Below are positions 1 through 8,925 of a stretch of 64,000 nt of DNA, in pieces. Origin of the DNA: Candidatus Obscuribacterales bacterium (GTDB lineage Bacteria > Cyanobacteriota > Vampirovibrionia > Obscuribacterales > Obscuribacteraceae); the NCBI GenBank assembly GCA_020050685.1, contig JAGVKG010000065.1, positions 17,984-81,983 on the forward strand, given 5' to 3'. How positions within the stretch are numbered: position 1 is the first letter of the stretch; the number at the start of each line of letters is the position of its first letter. The notes under the pieces are model-generated. The model worked only from the letters and a program-made list of their open reading frames with translations, made no database searches and was not told the origin of the DNA. The translations under genes were made by a program, and so were the position numbers.

Positions 1-20
1 AGAGATAATGAGTTTTAACA

Positions 21-59
21 CCAAGTATTTCAGTGTGGATTTACTACTGAAATACTTGG
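21..59. repeat. Perfect 13-bp inverted repeat (CCAAGTATTTCAG / CTGAAATACTTGG) with a 13-nt spacer, downstream of minus-strand ORF 135..863
   Basis: Arms 21..33 and 47..59 are exact reverse complements. Neither side has a U-tract, so a terminator role is not supported. Confidence 0.5.
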
Positions 60-134
60 CTCGCCTTGGAATGACAGTTACTTTCAAATTTCAAAAATCG
101 AAAGTCGCTTGAGTACATTGTAGTAATGAGCTGA

Positions 135-863
135 TCATCTAATTAATCGATTTTTGATTGCCTCTATAGATTCTTCATGCGAACTTTTGATCACTGGAGT
201 ATCTTTTGCCTCTACTGATTTCTCTTCAACTTTTGCTGATCTGGAATATGAGCAAATGGCTACTGCTATACCAGAGAATACGACTATTGTCGTGAAGGTA
301 ATCCCGATCATTTTACTTCCGGGCATTTGTTGGATCATCACAGAAAGTATGAGCAAAACTAACAAGATAAATGTGCCAAAGGCTTCCAAAAATGACGTTG
401 GCGAAAACTCCTCGGTCTGTATATTCTTTGATTCGGCTTGCAGGCTTTCCCAAGTCTGTTTTTGTTCTTGCCAAAATGACAAATCATCATCGTCAGCAGT
501 CGGTTTACTTAGCTCATATTCACAGAGCATTAACATCGATTCGATATGGTCATCTGTTGGTCGTGCACCAACAATCTGATCTATCTGCTCGCTAAGCTTT
601 CGTGACTCCTCTTCGTTCAGCCATCTTTCATCATCATCCTTCCAAGCACTAGTAAGCTTATCCCTTGCTTTTTCTTGCTTTTCATAATATTCAAACCAAG
701 CTGCTTTGTTGTCCATAACCGCTCCCAAAATCTTTGCTGGAATAATGAACCTTCTTGTTATAGAGTCCGATGGCGTACCAGTCTTTCTAGGTGAAAATTG
801 AAAATATCTGGTACGAATCAACGGGATTTTAGAGAATTCATTTGCTGTCGCTGGCTTTGACAT
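135..863 (-). CDS. Hypothetical membrane protein (acidic N-terminal half, two C-terminal hydrophobic segments)
   Basis: Longest ORF in the region. Hydrophobic stretches are FGTFILLVLLILSVMI and IGITFTTIVVFSGIAVAI. No family recognised. The true start may be an internal Met. Confidence 0.45.
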   Translation of the reverse strand: MSKPATANEFSKIPLIRTRYFQFSPRKTGTPSDSITRRFIIPAKILGAVMDNKAAWFEYYEKQEKARDKLTSAWKDDDERWLNEEESRKLSEQIDQIVGARPTDDHIESMLMLCEYELSKPTADDDDLSFWQEQKQTWESLQAESKNIQTEEFSPTSFLEAFGTFILLVLLILSVMIQQMPGSKMIGITFTTIVVFSGIAVAICSYSRSAKVEEKSVEAKDTPVIKSSHEESIEAIKNRLIR

Positions 864-1082
864 CTGACCATCGTGATGTACGGCTTCCTAGATTCTCATA
901 CCACGGTTAGACAAGTCCGAGCGCGGTAACTTGGCTATATTAGGGATCTATCGGGCTCTTGGTAAGTTAAATCGCTCGACGAGCCTGCGTCTGGGTATTC
1001 AAGCGAGCGATTGCGGCTCTAGATAAAATCTGCAGGCAAATTTTGAACTTTTTACCACCTCCAGCGTCTGTATAAGTAAGAG

Positions 1083-1568
1083 ATGGTGGGTTCTGCCTAT
1101 GTCTTGACAAAGTATGGAGACAACAATATAATTGTGTCAGTAATACCAGACTATGATTGTAATGGTAATTTGCCTCCGGGGATTCATAGGGCTCGGATGG
1201 CGCAAATTAAGAAGCGTTTTGCTTACAACTTTCGAAGGAGATTTCTGTTTCAGGGTCTAACGAATGTGCTGCGTATTCTTGAGCAGGCCAACTGCAAGAA
1301 AGTATTTTTGAACGGTAGCTTTATCACCCGCAAGGAGGAGCCAGGCGATTATGATTTGTGCTGGGAGCCTATTGGAGTTTTGCCGACACCGGAACTGCGC
1401 AGCTTGCTTGTGATGACTAGCAGTGAACGCAGGCTGAAATTTGGTGGCGATATTTTGATGCGTTTACCTCAGCCGCCATTTCAGATTGATTATGTTGATT
1501 ATTGGCAAACAGACGTTCAAGACAATTTGAAAGGTATCATCAGAATTGATTTAGAAGAGACGATATGA
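1083..1568 (+). CDS. Minimal nucleotidyltransferase-fold protein (pol-beta NTase superfamily, DUF6932-like)
   Basis: NGSFITRKEEPGDYDL fits the NTase signature hG[GS]x9-13Dh[DE]h. The N-terminal LPPGIH motif recalls a small NTase family. It shares a 4-nt ATGA overlap with the next ORF. Confidence 0.6.
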   Translation: MVGSAYVLTKYGDNNIIVSVIPDYDCNGNLPPGIHRARMAQIKKRFAYNFRRRFLFQGLTNVLRILEQANCKKVFLNGSFITRKEEPGDYDLCWEPIGVLPTPELRSLLVMTSSERRLKFGGDILMRLPQPPFQIDYVDYWQTDVQDNLKGIIRIDLEETI

Positions 1569-1990
1569 TCAAAAATGAGCGCCAATTTCAGATAACAAAG
1601 AAACGACTTGATGATTGGGAAGTCGCTTATCATCAACTGCTTGAGCAGCGTTCTGGCGGTCAGCATGCGTGGGTACGCCGTGAACAGCTCAAAGGTGTTC
1701 GCGAGACCATGCGCCAACTGAAGGCTCAGTTGAAAGAGTATGAACAAATTAGGTCTGGCAAAAAGAAGTTGGCCAATCTCAATTTTGTAGAAGAGCTTCC
1801 GACTCTCCTAATCCAATGGCGAATAGCCCGCAAGCTCACTCAACGCGAGCTTGCGGATTTGTTGGGAGTTCATGAGCAGCAGATTCAACGTTATGAGGAA
1901 AGCAACTATGGCGCGGCTTCACTGATGACGTTGCAAAGGGTGGCTGACATTTTGACTCACCATAAGCCTAAACATCATGCAACTTCATAG
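1565..1990 (+). CDS. XRE-family helix-turn-helix protein, probable partner of the upstream NTase
   Basis: The C-terminal RKLTQRELADLLGVHEQQIQRYEESNYGAASLMTLQRVADIL is a classic Cro/C1-type HTH. The start overlaps the upstream stop (ATGA at 1565..1568). Confidence 0.65.
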   Translation: MIKNERQFQITKKRLDDWEVAYHQLLEQRSGGQHAWVRREQLKGVRETMRQLKAQLKEYEQIRSGKKKLANLNFVEELPTLLIQWRIARKLTQRELADLLGVHEQQIQRYEESNYGAASLMTLQRVADILTHHKPKHHATS

Positions 1991-1992
1991 AG

Positions 1993-4374
1993 CTACGCGG
2001 TACGTTGGTCGATGACTCGGATGAGTTTGCCTGAGCTTTGGGTGCGAGCGAACTCGCCTGGAGATGTGTTGGCGATCTCTAGTTCTAATAATCCTGCGCG
2101 GAGTTGGATGATTTCTCGCAGGTCGCTGTACTTTGCTAGAACTAGATCATGAATTGCCGTGGCTGGGAAGTTCTCTCTGTGCGTTGATCGCAAGACAAGT
2201 TTTTCCTTGTTGGTTCCATTTGGTTCTAGAACCAGTTGCAATTCGCCTGTGTAGTTCAATTCATCGGTGAAGATTTGGGCGAAGCGTTTGTAGTTCAGTT
2301 GGCGGCCGCCGAAGCGGAACACATCTCCGTGTCTGCCTAAGACTTCAAACTTGAGCGACTTGCGACCGCAAGGACAATCGCCGGGAACGATGCGGCCGAT
2401 GTCGCCGGCATCATAACGATTGATTGATTGTCCGGCACGTTGAAGTGATGAGACAATTATTCGTCCTGGTTCTCCGATTGCAGAGGGCTCATCTTTGCCC
2501 AAATCGAGAAATTCTAATACATGCAAATGGCTATGCAAGTGATGTTCGCCGCCTTCGCAGAAATTGCATTGATAGGCAATCGGGCCTGTGTCGACGCTGC
2601 CGTATCCGGACGAGCGGATCAGTTTGACACCAAATTGTTTGAGGTGATTTCTTTGAGCCTGATTTATATGTTCTCCGCCGTAATAGATCTTTGTCACTGT
2701 CTTGTGCTTTAAAAACAGCTCGGCATTTTGATTGAACAGTTGGAGAATGTAGGTTGGTACGCCAATCAGCACATTGCAATTATTTGCCACGATGGTTTCT
2801 GCCACCATTTTGAGATCGGCGTGCGATGCCATCGGGAATTGGACCGCCTGTAAGTATTCTAAGACAGTGCAGAAACTTACGAACGCACCATAAAGTCCGC
2901 CGGCACGATATAAATTCATGCATCTATCTGATTTTGGATCAAGTCCGGCGGCAAACAAGCCTTCTGCTTGGGCTCGATGCTGAATTTGATAATCGCGGTA
3001 ACCGAAAATCGAAAGTTTTGGCTCTCCTGAGCTGCCACCACTTTTGAAATAAAGATCAGCATATTTGACATCGACAGCAATATCTTGGAAGTCTTCCTTG
3101 CCCATGATCGGACCACTTGGTGCTTGGGTTTGTGATGGCAGTAAAGCACTGAGGTTGGAAATGCCATCCAGAACAGAGCCAAGCTGAGCGCTTACTCTGC
3201 GTAGGAATTTCGGTAGGTAATACTCTCCATTGGAAGGCTGTCCGCTGTAGCTTTGTGTGATGGCATCGATCTCGACTATCTTTTGTACTCCGGCTTTAAT
3301 GAGGCTTTCGCTCAGCTCATAAGTTGAGTCCAGATTGCAGGCTAGGGCAGTTGTGTGAATGGTAGATTTAAACGGTGCAAGGATTTGTCCTATATTTGCT
3401 CGCTTAATGGGCTTGAGTAAAATAGTAAAATCGGAAGCAGGCTTGCGAAGCGACTCGTAAAAATTATTTGTTTTGTCAACTTCAACTTTCCAACCACTAC
3501 CCAAGGCATTACTTAGCTGAAGTAAATAGTCCTGGACGTTCGTGCTCTCAAGAAAAACCAGTCGTGGCAGAAGTGAGACATCGACTTTGGCGTCTGTGTA
3601 TTGCTTTGCAAACGCCTGAATTGTTGTGACGTTGTCTATACACCCGTTGGCAAAATAGGCGATAGCCTTTTGCGCAATTCTGGATACGAAACGAATTTTG
3701 TCCGGAATGGCTTGCCTGATCTTTGCAACAAAGTCCTCATCTCCCAGGACAATGACACAATCAATTTCAGAAAAAATTGTCAACGGGCCCGTATGAGCTT
3801 CTCTGGTGAGTCCTTCTCTATGAAGTGTCTCAATCGGCCGTATATCGATATGTCTTGCGATGGTGCCTGAAGCATCAAATTGGCTGAGTAGCTGAAAAAA
3901 TGTTCTGGTGAATGTGTCGTCTTCCGTATGGAGAAGAATGTTTCTGTTCCCTAAGAGTAATCCATCGACTATCGAAATAATCGCTGCATTGGGAGGAATG
4001 CCGCCTTTGGTAAATGGAGATACGATATGTAAGAGAGTGCCAAGCGGGCTCCACTTTTCAAAAACATTGCGACGATGATCCGGGCGAGAAAATTCAAAAG
4101 GATCAGCTACACCCAATTCGCGGACAATCTTTTCATCAAGCTTTTGCTTGCTGAGTAATTCGGCTAATTCAAGCAATTGAGATTGCCGCCCGACTTTCGC
4201 TTGCCCGAAGCTTTCCTCCAAGCTTTTATCCAATAAGCGATAAACCTCACTTTCTGTGTCATTGATCTTTCGACTTAGTTTCTCGCACGCATCGAGAACG
4301 AGGCGCAATTCCAATTTGTCGTTCGCCGTGGCGCTGTCCTTTTGCCTTGGCAACAGTTCTTCTTTAATAGCCAT
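1993..4374 (-). CDS. Two-domain enzyme: N-terminal LuxC/aldehyde-dehydrogenase-like domain fused to a C-terminal PaaK/LuxE-like adenylate-forming domain
   Basis: The C-terminal half carries adenylation-type motifs (FKSGGSSGEPK, YYGGE, GYGSVDTGPIAY, RYDAGDIG, LGRHGDVFRFGG) like phenylacetate-CoA ligase/F390 synthetase/LuxE enzymes. The N-terminal half resembles LuxC-type reductases; this is from memory and weaker. The ATG at 4374 is preceded by GGAGG, whereas the track ORF starts at TTG 4389. Confidence 0.55.
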   Translation of the reverse strand: MAIKEELLPRQKDSATANDKLELRLVLDACEKLSRKINDTESEVYRLLDKSLEESFGQAKVGRQSQLLELAELLSKQKLDEKIVRELGVADPFEFSRPDHRRNVFEKWSPLGTLLHIVSPFTKGGIPPNAAIISIVDGLLLGNRNILLHTEDDTFTRTFFQLLSQFDASGTIARHIDIRPIETLHREGLTREAHTGPLTIFSEIDCVIVLGDEDFVAKIRQAIPDKIRFVSRIAQKAIAYFANGCIDNVTTIQAFAKQYTDAKVDVSLLPRLVFLESTNVQDYLLQLSNALGSGWKVEVDKTNNFYESLRKPASDFTILLKPIKRANIGQILAPFKSTIHTTALACNLDSTYELSESLIKAGVQKIVEIDAITQSYSGQPSNGEYYLPKFLRRVSAQLGSVLDGISNLSALLPSQTQAPSGPIMGKEDFQDIAVDVKYADLYFKSGGSSGEPKLSIFGYRDYQIQHRAQAEGLFAAGLDPKSDRCMNLYRAGGLYGAFVSFCTVLEYLQAVQFPMASHADLKMVAETIVANNCNVLIGVPTYILQLFNQNAELFLKHKTVTKIYYGGEHINQAQRNHLKQFGVKLIRSSGYGSVDTGPIAYQCNFCEGGEHHLHSHLHVLEFLDLGKDEPSAIGEPGRIIVSSLQRAGQSINRYDAGDIGRIVPGDCPCGRKSLKFEVLGRHGDVFRFGGRQLNYKRFAQIFTDELNYTGELQLVLEPNGTNKEKLVLRSTHRENFPATAIHDLVLAKYSDLREIIQLRAGLLELEIANTSPGEFARTQSSGKLIRVIDQRTA

Positions 4375-4696
4375 TGATTTTTCCTCCAAACAAAATGCGC
4401 CCCCCTTAATCCGGGGAGCGCTTACAACAAAAGTTACGATCTGATGATCTACATTTATGAACGACGCGAGTTTGACACCCCCCTATTACTTCGATAGGAA
4501 CGCATAAGCATGTTGGCGCAGGTAAACTCGAATGTCTTCATGGACTCCACCGTAACATGGTTTCGAAATGCCAGTCAACGGCAAATATTTCTAATCTGTT
4601 TAAAAAGCCAAAGAGCTCGCAGCAAAAGCTGCAAGCTCCTCGAATTGGAGGTTCGGCAATGAATATCAAACTAGATTTTGATCGCGAGGATCGAAA

Positions 4697-5248
4697 TTAG
4701 CTGATTGGGGAGAAGTTGTTTGAAACAGGAACTACTGGTGTGACAACTTCGGCTTGTTGTTCAGCTGGCTGACCAAAAGCTTGTGGTTGTGCTTGAGGAG
4801 CTGCTGCTTGAGCCTTCAAATGCTCTTCTAGCAAACCGCCCTTCTCGCGCAGTAAGTACTCTATATAATCACCGCGGCTCATGCGAGATGCGGCAACTTG
4901 TTCATCCAAAAGACGGTGAGCCATCGGGGTGACACAGACTGCTGTCGTAGTACCGCGATTCTTACCAAAGAAGTAAGATTTTGCTCCGCCCTTAGGACCT
5001 GTTTGCTTAGCTGTAGTAGGCAATCTCAATGGTGGCATGCCGGCACGCTCACGAATGAGCATTTCAACATAATCACCGTTGGAGACACCAGCTTTAGCTG
5101 CTTGTTCCTTGAGCAATTGACGACCGAGAGCCGTCAAATTGAAGGATACCGAACCCGACTCCTTGCCAGGAAAACGCGAACGACGGGGCGAGGTGGTCTT
5201 TGGTTGTGTTGTTGTGGTCGTGATGTTGGTTGGGACCGTTGTATTCAT
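4697..5248 (-). CDS. Protein with two tandem ribbon-helix-helix-like modules and a Thr/Pro/Gln-rich N-terminus and tail
   Basis: There is an internal duplication: SVSFNLTALGRQLLKEQAAKAGVSNGDYVEMLIRERAG versus AVCVTPMAHRLLDEQVAASRMSRGDYIEYLLREKGG. Each copy has a beta-strand plus two-helix pattern like CopG/Arc/MetJ. Confidence 0.45.
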   Translation of the reverse strand: MNTTVPTNITTTTTQPKTTSPRRSRFPGKESGSVSFNLTALGRQLLKEQAAKAGVSNGDYVEMLIRERAGMPPLRLPTTAKQTGPKGGAKSYFFGKNRGTTTAVCVTPMAHRLLDEQVAASRMSRGDYIEYLLREKGGLLEEHLKAQAAAPQAQPQAFGQPAEQQAEVVTPVVPVSNNFSPIS

Positions 5249-5555
5249 CTAAACATCGGCAGTTGTTTCATCCAAATTACTGGATAGCCGCTTCTGCCTT
5301 ACCTCCTTTTCTCAAAACGGGATCCAACGAGCTTTCAAGGGTTGTTTAGTACCTTGTCAGCGTTAGGTGAGATATCACCTTCGTTTGCCTCGTAATCTTC
5401 TCAACTTGGCTTTACGCCTTCTTGATAAGAGCTACACTGGCAACCCTTTCCAAGCTCCAAATTATAAAACAAAGTCTCGCTGTTTAGCAGTAGTCATGTA
5501 TTACCTTCTTCTCATGCTTTGCAATTGTTGCAAGCTCTGACAAGCAGACGTCAAG

Positions 5556-6104
5556 CTACTGGAAATGACCGATAACCCACTGGTTGAAGCCAATAGCAAT
5601 GAGCCAGCCAAGAGCCGCACCACAGAAAACTTCGACCGGAGTGTGACCTAGCAATTCCTTAATGCGAGCTGATGACAACTGGGGATGGTCGGAAAAAAGC
5701 TCTTCCATCATCTCGTTGACAACCTTGGCCTGCATACCTACGGAACGACGAACGCCAGCGGCATCGTACATAACAATGAGCGCCACACAGAGCGCCACAG
5801 CAAAGATTACTGAATCAAAACCTTCTATCAGACCAACTGATACTGCCATAGCCATCGTGGAAGAAGAGTGGCTGGATGGCATGCCACCAGTGGTGGAGGC
5901 AACGCGCAAGTCCAATCGCTTGGTGCGGAAGAAATTGGTCAATATCTTGAGGAACTGGGCAACAAGCATGCCAATTACTGCCGCAGCAATTACCTGCCAG
6001 CCTCGCCCCATACCAAAGTTAGCGGACTGACCAATGGTTGTGGCTAAAAGGCCTGAGCTTGGCGCTGTAGATGACAAGAAGATTGACAGAAATTGTTCAA
6101 ACAT
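5556..6104 (-). CDS. Divergent PAP2 family membrane protein (acid phosphatase/vanadium haloperoxidase-related, DUF212)
   Basis: Motifs GGMPSSHSS, MYDAAGVRR and GHTPVEV, plus several TM segments. Separated by a 4-nt gap from the upstream polyprenyl synthase gene. Confidence 0.7.
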   Translation of the reverse strand: MFEQFLSIFLSSTAPSSGLLATTIGQSANFGMGRGWQVIAAAVIGMLVAQFLKILTNFFRTKRLDLRVASTTGGMPSSHSSSTMAMAVSVGLIEGFDSVIFAVALCVALIVMYDAAGVRRSVGMQAKVVNEMMEELFSDHPQLSSARIKELLGHTPVEVFCGAALGWLIAIGFNQWVIGHFQ

Positions 6105-6108
6105 TGAC

Positions 6109-7137
6109 CTAACTAATCCTATTTATTGAATATTGAAGAATGGCTTGTAAAGCGGCAAGGCGATGATCACTGATACCAGTTAGCTGTAATTCGTCTAAAG
6201 CCGCCTTCTCCAATCGTGCAAGTTCTTGCTTCGATTCATCAATACCAATTAAACCAATAAATGTGAGCTTGTTCGACTTGGCGTCCTTGCCTGGTGTCTT
6301 GCCAAGAGTAGTGATGTCACCAGTTACATCTAATAGATCGTCTGTGATTTGAAATGCCAAGCCGAGAATTTCGCCAAAGCGGCGGAATGCAGCAAGTTGT
6401 TTTTCGTCTGCACCAGCTAGCGCTGCACCGGCCCATGAGCAAAAGCTTATCAAAGCACCAGTCTTGCGGCTGTGCATTGCTTCCAAATGCGCTTTGGCAG
6501 TTTGCTTGTCCTTGGTGCTTGCGTTGCCGGTGAGAGAAATATCAATTACTTGTCCGCCCACCATACCTGGAGCGCCAGCGGCGCGTGAAAGCTCTGCCAC
6601 CACTTTCAGTAATCGGTCATTTGTTTGCGACTTGCCTGCTTCATCAATAAGTATCTGAACTGCGTGCATGAGAAGCGCATCACCAGCCAAAAGCGCGATA
6701 GCTTCGCCATACACCTTGTGATTGGTTGGCTTGCCACGACGAAAGTCATCGTTGTCCATGCAGGGCAGATCGTCGTGAATCAAACTCATGGCGTGCACAA
6801 ATTCAATTGCGCAAGCCAAAGGTAAGGTGGGCTCCAATTGTTTATCTAATTGAAAGCTTTTCGATTGAATGCCTAATTGATTAGCATTTTCACAGGTATC
6901 GACTTCGATACCACTTGCCGCTTCAAACGCAGCCAAAGCTAAGAGCGCTCTCAGGCGCTTGCCACCAGACAAAACCGAATAACGCATTGCATCCCAGAGA
7001 ATTCCTGGCTCAAAGGCGTTTGTTGGCGTCGCTAAGTAATTCGTCAGCGTTTGCTCGACTAGCGCTCGCCGTGTGGCGGCATACTTCTGGAAATCGAATT
7101 TTGTAGTAGTGCTTGTCATGAAGTTCGTATCATACAC
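6109..7137 (-). CDS. Short-chain polyprenyl diphosphate synthase (FPP/GGPP synthase type)
   Basis: First Asp-rich motif LIHDDLPCMDNDDFRRGKPTNH and second Asp-rich motif FQITDDLLD. Confidence 0.85.
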   Translation of the reverse strand: MYDTNFMTSTTTKFDFQKYAATRRALVEQTLTNYLATPTNAFEPGILWDAMRYSVLSGGKRLRALLALAAFEAASGIEVDTCENANQLGIQSKSFQLDKQLEPTLPLACAIEFVHAMSLIHDDLPCMDNDDFRRGKPTNHKVYGEAIALLAGDALLMHAVQILIDEAGKSQTNDRLLKVVAELSRAAGAPGMVGGQVIDISLTGNASTKDKQTAKAHLEAMHSRKTGALISFCSWAGAALAGADEKQLAAFRRFGEILGLAFQITDDLLDVTGDITTLGKTPGKDAKSNKLTFIGLIGIDESKQELARLEKAALDELQLTGISDHRLAALQAILQYSINRIS

Positions 7138-7183
7138 TGGCCAAGGTCTTCCCCAACATTATCAATCAGTCACGTAGCATAAA

Positions 7184-7597
7184 TTAGCTCTTGCTAAAAA
7201 AATGAAACGCCGAGCGCGCCAGTTTTGCGCCAACCATTCCCCACTGCACAAGACTTTGTTCCTTTCTCAGCAGCATCCATAAAAGCGAGCCGACATTTTT
7301 TACGACTTGCTCTGTGAATTCAGACTGGCTTTGTTTGTTGTGCCGGGCATAAACCCTTTCTTTGGCAGCTTCAATGGCAGCACGCGCAGACATGAATTCA
7401 AACATGGCGTCATCACGAGCAAGCAAAGCTTGATGTTCCATATTGATCAATTCTTGGTGCCACTTACGTGCATTGATTAGCGAGTAGAGACAGAGAAAAG
7501 AAAATAGAAGCAAAATGATCACAAGCACGACTTTGCCGACTACCATCCAGAACGGCAGACTAAGAACGAAATAAATATTCTCAAAAAGTCCGTTCAT
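7184..7597 (-). CDS. Hypothetical N-terminally membrane-anchored protein
   Basis: ORF lies between the acyl-CoA dehydrogenase and polyprenyl synthase genes on the same strand. It has the N-terminal hydrophobic segment FWMVVGKVVLVIILLLFSFLCLYSL. No family recognised. Confidence 0.4.
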   Translation of the reverse strand: MNGLFENIYFVLSLPFWMVVGKVVLVIILLLFSFLCLYSLINARKWHQELINMEHQALLARDDAMFEFMSARAAIEAAKERVYARHNKQSQSEFTEQVVKNVGSLLWMLLRKEQSLVQWGMVGAKLARSAFHFFSKS

Positions 7598-7603
7598 CTC
7601 TAC

Positions 7604-8779
7604 CTAGCAATTGAGGATATTTCGGGCAATCAACAAACGTAAGATTTGATTGGTGCCTTCATAGATCTGCCCAACTTTTGTATCTCTAAACAATCTCTCT
7701 AGTAGAAGATCGGGTTTGTCCGCGCCCCAACCGATGATCGAAATTGCCTCGGATGCGGCAAAAACTGCAGCATCACTTGCTTGTGTTTTGGCCATGGATG
7801 CTAGTACGACATCAGGTTCACCGCGATCGACTGCGTAGGCGGCTTGGAAGGTGAGGGCTCGCGCCGATGCTACCTGTGCCACCAACTTGCCGAGGTTCTG
7901 TCCGTAGCCTTCAAGCGTGCCAGTGGTATCACTGGCTGAATACTCGCGGATTTTGTCGAGTGCACTTTGGGCCCAGCCACAGCATTGGGCGGCAATTGTA
8001 ATGCGTCCCTTGGCAAGCGAGGACAATGCTACTTTCCGTCCGTCACCATGCTCACCCAGCAAATTTTCCTTTGGCACGCGGCAGTCATTCAAAACAATTT
8101 CGCAAGTTGTGTATCCGCGCATGCCCATCAAATCAAATTTTTGCCCAACTTCCAAACCAGGAAAGTTCTTCTCCACAATGAAGGAAGTAATGGATTTCAC
8201 TTCATCGGAGAATTGGGGGTCCTGTAATTTGGCCATGACAATATAGTAGTCAGCAGCACCGCCAGAGGTGATGAAAGTCTTGGTGCCATTCAAAATGTAC
8301 TCGTCGCCAACTAATTTGCCCTTGGTTTGCAAGGCAGCGGTATCGGATCCGGCTTGCGGCTCGGTTAAGCAAAAGGCAGCCAAAAATTTGCCGGAAGAAG
8401 AAGGCACCAAGTATTTTTGTTTTTGTTCTTCAGTGCCAAAACGATAAATCGGCTCCTGACAAAGTACGTGGACGCCGAGCGAACTCATGATTGGTGTCAG
8501 ATAACGAGCGAATACCTCGTTGACAAGACAAAAACTGACATAGTCGCCGCCTGCGCCGCCAAATTCTTTGCCAAATGGCAATGCGCCAAAGCCTAGCTGG
8601 CAAGCCTTCTCAAACAAATCGCGGCGAAAAATATTGTCTCTATCGGCAGCAATAATATCTGCCTTTGGTATTGCCTTGGCAAAATCGATGGCCTTTGCAA
8701 GCCATTTTTGTTGTTCTTCGCTAAACAAAAGCTGAGTGGCGTCAGTAGACACGGGTTTTTTCAGTTCGGATTGGAGCAT
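7604..8779 (-). CDS. Acyl-CoA dehydrogenase
   Basis: CLTEPQAGSD and IYEGTNQI motifs, and a length of about 390 aa typical of ACADs. Confidence 0.85.
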   Translation of the reverse strand: MLQSELKKPVSTDATQLLFSEEQQKWLAKAIDFAKAIPKADIIAADRDNIFRRDLFEKACQLGFGALPFGKEFGGAGGDYVSFCLVNEVFARYLTPIMSSLGVHVLCQEPIYRFGTEEQKQKYLVPSSSGKFLAAFCLTEPQAGSDTAALQTKGKLVGDEYILNGTKTFITSGGAADYYIVMAKLQDPQFSDEVKSITSFIVEKNFPGLEVGQKFDLMGMRGYTTCEIVLNDCRVPKENLLGEHGDGRKVALSSLAKGRITIAAQCCGWAQSALDKIREYSASDTTGTLEGYGQNLGKLVAQVASARALTFQAAYAVDRGEPDVVLASMAKTQASDAAVFAASEAISIIGWGADKPDLLLERLFRDTKVGQIYEGTNQILRLLIARNILNC

Positions 8780-8925
8780 AAGTAATTTACTTAAATTAGA
8801 ACGTCCGGCGATAACTATAACTCTTTAACTGTATTCTTTAACCATAACAATGAATAAAATGGCTTAAAAACTCAGCTAGAATTGACATGCTCGAGTCTCA
8901 ATATTTTTAAGGAAAAAATCCTCAA

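Noticed and set aside
154-595. Plus-strand ORFs of 141 aa and 74 aa overlapping minus-strand ORF 135..863
   Set aside because: They are shorter, Ser/Cys-rich and without features. The minus-strand ORF is longer and has coherent TM segments, although it too remains hypothetical.
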